Shown here: positions 8,093-13,914 of the stretch, one piece after another
Layout of the letters: the number at the start of each line of letters is the position of its first letter
How positions within the stretch are numbered: the first letter of the stretch is position 1
Assembly (NCBI RefSeq): GCF_006345805.1
Contig: NW_021827680.1
Span: forward strand, 1 to 13,914
Length of the DNA: 13,914 nucleotides
Source: Octopus sinensis
Taxonomy: Eukaryota
Direction of reading: 5' to 3'
Program-made: the position numbers and the translations under genes
The notes under the pieces: model-generated
The model's input: the letters and a program-made list of their open reading frames with translations, nothing else
Databases searched by the model: none
What the model was told of the DNA's origin: nothing

Positions 8093-8405
8093 TCGGGTCT
8101 TCCTGGGTCTACCTCTTCCACAGGTTCCCTCTACTGCTGGGGTGTGGCACTTTTTCACACAGCTGTCCACATTCATTTGCAATACATTACCATACCAGTG
8201 CAGTAATTTCTCTTGCACACCACATCTGATGCTTTTTAGGTCCAACTTTTCTCTCAAGGACATTACACTCTGTCGTAGGCCACAGGTTATGGTCTCACTT
8301 GGCTTGCCGGGTCTTCTCAAGCACAGCATATCTCCAAAAGTCTTGGCCACTAGTCATTACCTCGGTGAGGCCTAATGTTCGAAGGTCGTTCTTCACCACG
8401 TGATC
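8089..8405 (-). mobile_element. RTE-clade LINE ORF2 C-terminal fragment in two swapped pieces
   Basis: Minus 8274-8090 translates as RQSVMSLREKLDLKSIRCGVQEKLLHWYGNVLQM...VEGTCGRGRPRKTRD, fitting the RTE-type (R)LxWxGHVxR and GRPRKTW motifs. Minus 8405-8295 translates as DHVVKNDLRTLGLTEVMTSGQDFWRYAVLEKTRQAK*, the kind of sequence that follows GRPRKTW in such ORFs. Confidence 0.8.
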
Positions 8406-8464
8406 CGTAAATACAGCCAAGTGGACTGGTTCATTTGAAACTTAATTTTTGCTGTGACAAAATT

Positions 8465-8534
8465 CACTGAAGGATTTGAACCGCGAACCTCTCAGATGGT
8501 TATCTGTAACTCTAGCGACCGAGGCATCATCCGC
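8465..8534 (-). other. Degenerate tRNA-like/SINE head remnant
   Basis: Minus strand gcggatgatgcctcggtcgctagag...cagataaccatctg...cgcggttcaaatcc has a good B box (ggttcaaatcc) and a weak A box. No proper cloverleaf. Confidence 0.4.
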
Positions 8535-8577
8535 ATGGTTATGTGAAGAATAATCTCATTAATAATTAATTAATTAT

Positions 8578-9169
8578 ACTCTTTTACACTTTTACTCTTT
8601 TACTTGTTTCAGTCATTTGACTGCGGCCATGCTGGAGCACCGCCTTTTTTTTTTAATCGAGTAATACGACCCCGGGACTTATTCTTTTGTAAGCCCAGTA
8701 CTTATTCTATCGGTCTCTTTTTGCCGAACCGCTAAGTGACGGGGACGTAAACACACCAGCATCGGTTGTCAAGCAATGCTAGGGGGACAAACACACACAC
8801 ACATACACATATATATATACATATATACGACAGGCTTCTTTCAGTTTCCGTCTACCAAATCCACTCGCAAGGCATTGGTGGCCCCGAGGCTATAGCAGAA
8901 GACACTTGCCCAAGGTGCCACGCAGTGGGACTGAACCCGGAACCATGTGGTTGGTAAACAAGCTACTTAACACACAGCCACCCCTGCGCCTATATATATA
9001 TATATACGATGGGCTTCTTTCAGTTTCTGTCTACCAAATCCACTCACAGGGCTTTGGTCGGCCCGAGGCTTTAGTAGAAGACACTTGCCCAAGGTGCCAC
9101 GCAGTGGGACTGAACCCGGAACCATGTGGTTGGTAACAAGCTACTTACCACACAGCCACTCCTACGCCT
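8578..9169 (-). mobile_element. SINE array 3 (inverted): two 5' halves plus one tail
   Basis: Reverse complement of the main SINE, with heads at 9006-9169 and ~8827-8991, a (TA)n spacer, and the tail down to (ctctttta)n at 8578. Confidence 0.92.
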
Positions 9170-9469
9170 AAGCTGAGAATGGCTAAAATAAGCCGGCTTT
9201 GTTGGTTATTGGTCGATAAATTTATCCAGATCTCTAAGATAACGTTAACTTCAATCGGATGAGAATTGTTGTTATCACTTTTCACTAGGTTGACAATGTC
9301 ATCTGACCTTTGCCTTTAATTGTTACTAACTGACACGTCTAGACAGAAATATTTCAAGAAGATACCCTTGGCCACTAGTATTACTATCACCATCACCATT
9401 ACCATCGTATATTTCGCTGCAGCGACGTGAAGGATAATCTGCTGTTATTATGCAAATGTGTAAAATTAT

Positions 9470-9517
9470 CATGTGGTTAGTTAGCAAGCTACTTAACACA
9501 CAGCCACTCCTATGCCT
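9470..9517 (-). mobile_element. Isolated 5' tip of the main SINE
   Basis: catgtggttagttagcaagctacttaacacacagccactcctatgcct is the reverse complement of the first ~48 nt of the head. Confidence 0.8.
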
Positions 9518-9530
9518 TAAGTTCCTAGAA

Positions 9531-9595
9531 GTTAAAATTCAAATCGGACCATGTTAACACCAAAAATTATTTACATCAAAAACGTGCTTTTTTTA
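9531..9595 (+). mobile_element. Internal fragment of the plus-strand Helitron family
   Basis: aaaattcaaatcggaccatgttaacaccaaaaattatttacatcaaaaacgtgctttt matches 10443-10500. Confidence 0.8.
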
Positions 9596-9615
9596 CTATA
9601 TATATATATTTTTTA

Positions 9616-10686
9616 CTATATATAAAGCTGAAATTGTATGTGTAAGGCAGGTTTAGTAGCCTTCAACTAACACTATCTCCTCTGAGACCCTGCGGCGCAA
9701 GTTGACCAAAATTGAGAGTATGATAGAAGAAGGCTTGCTCTTCATTCCCTGGAAGGTAAAATTCATATCAGGCTATGTTAACACCAAAAATTATTTACAT
9801 CAAAAACGTGCTTTTTTTCTATGAAAATCCCTATTTTTTACGATTTGTAAAGCTGAAGTTGTCTGTGTGTATGTGGCAGGTTTGGTAGCCTTCAACTAAC
9901 ACTTTCTCCTCCGAGACCCTGCGGCGCAAGTTGACCAAAATTGAGAGTATGATAGAAGGTTTGCTCTTCATTCCCTGGAAGGTAAAATTCATATCAGGCT
10001 ATGTTAACACCAAAAATTATTTACATCAAAAACGTGCTTTTTTTCTATGAAAATCCCTATTTTTTACGATTTATAAAGCTGAAGTTGTCTGTGTGTATGT
10101 GGCAGGTTCGGTAGCCTTCAACTAACACTATCTCCTCCGAGACCCTGCGGCGCAATATGACCAAAATTGAGAGTATGATAGAAGAAGGTTTGCTCTTCAT
10201 TCCCTGGAAGGTAAAATTCATATCAGGCTATGTTAACACCAAAAATTATTTACATCAAAAACGTGCTTTTTTTCTATGAAAATCCCTATTTTTTACGATT
10301 TGTAAAGCTGAAGTTGTCTGTGTGTATGTGGCAGGTTTGGTAGCCTTCAACTAACACTATCTCCTCCGAGACCCTGCGGTACAAGTTGACCAAAATAAAG
10401 GGAATGATAGAAGAAGGCTTGCTCTTCATTCCGTAGTCGATAAAATTCAAATCGGACCATGTTAACACCAAAAATTATTTACATCAAAAACGTTCTTTTT
10501 TTCTATAAAAATCCCTATTTCTTACGATTTTTTGACTGCTGTGTCACCATTTTTCGGTGTATTTCAACCAGAAAAATGTTCACTTAAAGAGAATAACAAA
10601 CTACATAATGCAAAATTTTTACTTTTCAAAAATTCCAATTCTAAAGGGTCGACACAAACCCGAGCAACGCCGGGCGATACTACTAG
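9616..10686 (+). mobile_element. Non-autonomous Helitron whose 5' ~226 bp is repeated 4 times
   Basis: Anchor taaagctga at 9623, 9848, 10074 and 10303. The fourth unit continues to the hairpin cccgagcaacgccggg (10659-10674) and CTAG (10683-10686). Confidence 0.88.
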
Positions 10687-11078
10687 CCTATATATATAAA
10701 GCTGAAATTGTCTGTGTGTGTGACAGGTTTGGTAGCCTTCAACTAACACTATCTCCTCCGAGACCCTGCGGCGCAAGTTGACCAAAATTGAGAGTATGAT
10801 TGAAGAAGGCTTGCTCTTCATTCCGTAGACGATAAAATTCAAAACGGACCATGTTAACACCAAAAATTATTTACATTAAAATCGTGCTTTTTTTCTATGA
10901 AAATCCCGATTTTTTACGATTTTTTGACTGCTGTATCACCATTTTGCGGTGTATTTCAACCAGAAAAATGTTCACTTAAAGAGAATAACAAGCTACATAA
11001 TGCATAATTTTTACTTTTCAAAAATTCCAATTCTAAAGGGTCGAAACAAACCCGAGCAACGCCGGGCGATACTGTTAG
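10687..11078 (+). mobile_element. Complete non-autonomous Helitron (392 bp), head-to-tail with the previous copy
   Basis: Starts cctatatatataaagctg (TC replaced by CC) and ends with the hairpin 11051-11066 plus gatactgTTAG|T (CTAG replaced by TTAG). Confidence 0.85.
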
Positions 11079-11165
11079 TTTTCAATAAAGATGATCTAAC
11101 TATCTCGAGAAAACAAAAACAAACGAATAGAAAAGTAAAAAAAGAAATGGTATGAATAGTCAACC

Positions 11166-11686
11166 GAGTGGCTGTGTGGTAAGTAGTTTGCTTACAAACC
11201 ACATGGTTCCGGGTTCAGTCCCACTGCGTGGCACCTTGGGCAAGTATCTTCTACTATAGCCTCGGGCCGACCAAAGCCTTGTTAGTAGATTTGGTAGACG
11301 GAAACTGAAAGAAGCCCGTCGTATATATGTATATATATATATATATATACATAGGTGCAGGAGTGGCTGTGTGGTAAGTAGCTTGCTAACCAACCACATG
11401 GTTCCGAGTTCAGTCCCACTTCGTGGCATCTTGGGCAAGTGTCTTCTGCTATAGCCCCGGGCTGACCAATGCCTTGTGAGTGGATTTGGTAGACGGAAAC
11501 TGAAAGAAGCCCGTCGTATATATATATAGGCATAGGATATGCTATGTGGTAAGTAGCTTGCTTACCAACCACATGGTTCCGGGTTCAGTCCTACTGCATG
11601 GCAGTTTGGGCAAGTGTCTTCTACTATAGCCTCGGGCCGACCAAAGTTTGGTAGACGGAAACTGAAAGAAGCCCGTCGTATATATG

Positions 11687-11757
<71 letters not shown>

Positions 11758-11994
11758 GTGGTGTGTGTGTGTGTGGTGTGTGTGTGTGTGTGTGTTTGTG
11801 GTCTGTGTTTGTCCCCCATGCATTGCTTGACAACCGATGCTGGTGTGTTTATGTCCCCGTCACTTAGCGGTTCGGCAAAAGACACCGATAGAATAAGTAC
11901 TGGCTACAAAGAATAAGTCCGGGGTCGAGTTGCTCGACTAAAAATGGCGGTGCTCCAGCATGGCCAAAGTCAAATGACTGAAACAAGTAAAAGA

Positions 11995-12049
<55 letters not shown>

Positions 12050-12386
12050 TATATCATATATATATATAACATACATATATATAATATATATATATATATA
12101 TAATAAAAAAGTTTTGTGAGTGGATTTGGTAGACGGAAACTGAAAGAAGCTGTCGTATATACGTATGTATATATATATATGTTTGTGTGTCTGTGTTGTC
12201 CCCCTAGCATTGCTTGACAACCGATGCTGGTGTGTTCATGTCCCCGTCACTTAGCGGTTCGTCAAAAAGAGACCGATAGAATAAGTACTGGGCTTACAAA
12301 AAGAATAAGTCCCGGGGTCGAGTTGCTCGATTAAAAGGCGGTGCTCTAGCATGGCCACAGTCAAATGACTGAAACAAGTAAAAGAG

Positions 12387-12434
<48 letters not shown>

Positions 12435-12673
12435 TTTGTGAGTGGATTTGGTAGACGGAAACTGAAAGAAGCCTGTCGTATATATGTATGTATATATATA
12501 TATGTTTGTGTGTCTCTGTTTGTCCCCCTAGCATTGCTTGACAACAGATGCTGGTGTGCTTACGTCCCCGTCACTTACAAAGAATAAGTCCCGGGGTGGA
12601 GTTGCTCGACTAAAGGCGGTGCTCCAGCATGGCCGCAGTCAAATGACTGAAACATGTAAAAGAGTAAAAGAGT
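11166..12673 (+). mobile_element. SINE array 4: three 5' halves, a tail, then two further 5'-truncated body-plus-tail units
   Basis: Heads at 11166, 11353 and 11528. Tails end at 11995, 12386 and ~12673. The extra units both begin aagttttgtgagtggatttgg after a TA tract (~12110, ~12431). Confidence 0.9.
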
Positions 12674-12925
12674 ATGTCTTTGTAGGTGAAAATGGCCGAT
12701 TTCTTGTTTCAGGTAACGTTGAGTCATCAAAACGGGTGACCGACGAAGATCAGAGGTTTAATTATGCAAGGTAACCTTGCGTAAGAAGCATTGTGTTTAG
12801 TGAAAATCCTTCGCTTAAAACACCATTCAAGCATGGTTAGCGCTGAGCGGTGAATCAAAGACATGAAAGAACTTGCAAGGCAGATAGAGCAGAGTTCACG
12901 TTGAACAGTTGATGTTTGAACGATA
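12674..12925. repeat. Duplicated SINE 3' flank, copy 1 (copy 2 at 13679-13889)
   Basis: atgtctttgt(a/c)ggtgaaaatggc...caccattcaagcatggtt...gttgaacagttgatgtttgaacgata occurs twice, each directly after a SINE tail. Confidence 0.9.
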
Positions 12926-13678
12926 AGCTTGCTCACCAACCACATGGTTCCGGGTTCAGTCCCTCTGCGTGGCATCTTATGCAAGTGTCTTCTGCTGTAG
13001 CCTCGGGCCGACCAATGCCTTTTGAGTGGATTTGGTAGACGGAAACTGAAAGAAGCCCGTCGTATATATGTATATATATAGGCGTAGGAATGGCTGTGTG
13101 GTAAGTAGCTTGCTTACCAACCACATGGTTCCGGGTTCAGGCCACTTCGTGGCATCTTGGGCAAGTGTCTTCTGCTATAGCCCCGGGCCAACCAATGCCT
13201 TGTGAGTGGATTTGGTAGACGGAAACTGAAAGAAGCCTGTCGTATATATATAAAGGCATTGGATATGCTTTGTGGTAAGTAGCTTGCTTACCAACCACAT
13301 GGTTCCGGGTTCAGTCCCACTGCGTGGCATCTTGGGCAAGTGTCTTCTACTATAGCCTCGGACCGACCAATGCCTTGTGAGTGGATTTGGTAGACGGAAA
13401 CTGAAAGAAGCCCGTCGTATATATGTATCTATATAAATATATATATATGTGTGTGTGTGCGTGCGTGTGTGTTTGTGTTTGTCCCCCTTGCATTGCTTGA
13501 CAACCGATGCTGGTGTGTTTACGTCCCCGTCACTTAGCGGTTCGGCAAAAAGAGACCGATAGAATAAGTACTGGGCTTACAAAAAGAATAAGTCCCGAGG
13601 TCGAGTTGCTCGACTAAAAAGGCGGTGCTCCAGCATGGCCGCAGTCAAATGACTGAAACAAGTAAAAGAGTAAAAGAG
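12926..13678 (+). mobile_element. SINE array 5: three 5' halves (first truncated) plus a tail
   Basis: Heads at 12926, 13080 and 13254. The tail ends ...aagtaaaagagtaaaagag at 13678. Confidence 0.92.
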
Positions 13679-13889
13679 TATGTCTTTGTCGGTGAAAATG
13701 GCAGAGGTTAAGAACAGAGGTTAAGTTATGCAAGGTTAAATTGTGTAAGAAGCATGGAATTCAGTGAAAATTGTTCGCTTAAAGCACCATTCAAGCATGG
13801 TTAATGCTGAGCGGTGAATCAAAGACATGAAAGAATTTGCAAGGCAGATAGAGCAGAGTTCACGTTGAACAGTTGATGTTTGAACGATA
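13679..13889. repeat. Duplicated SINE 3' flank, copy 2
   Basis: Homologous to 12674-12925, with a shorter, different segment near its 5' end. Confidence 0.9.
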
Positions 13890-13914
13890 CAAAAGAAGTC
13901 GTTATTTACATCAA

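Noticed and set aside
11166-12673. Nested SINE-in-SINE insertion explaining three heads then three tails
   Set aside because: The extra tails include body sequence upstream of the internal TA tract and share one truncation point. Other arrays have 5:1 and 8:0 heads to tails.

Overview
Non-coding, almost entirely repeat-derived animal genomic DNA. The repeat families and the 5S sequence look like octopus/coleoid cephalopod repeats; this is my recollection, not a database result. No host protein-coding gene is supported: the ORF track is dominated by (TA)n-derived IY runs and by SINE units, and the only recognisable protein remnant is the C-terminus of an RTE-type LINE ORF2. The window holds five arrays of one tRNA-derived SINE in which the ~164-bp 5' half is tandemly reiterated between (TA)n spacers, a 5-unit array of a head-less second SINE, two head-to-tail tandems of non-autonomous Helitrons, two related foldback/MITE elements and several 140-250 bp local duplications. 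The three strongest leads are (1) a 5'-truncated 5S rRNA fused to a tRNA-SINE inside one 16-bp target-site duplication, (2) a circularly permuted RTE LINE fragment bounded by GATC, and (3) tandem and higher-order amplification affecting nearly every unrelated element here. Coordinates were counted by hand and boundaries may be off by a few bases.
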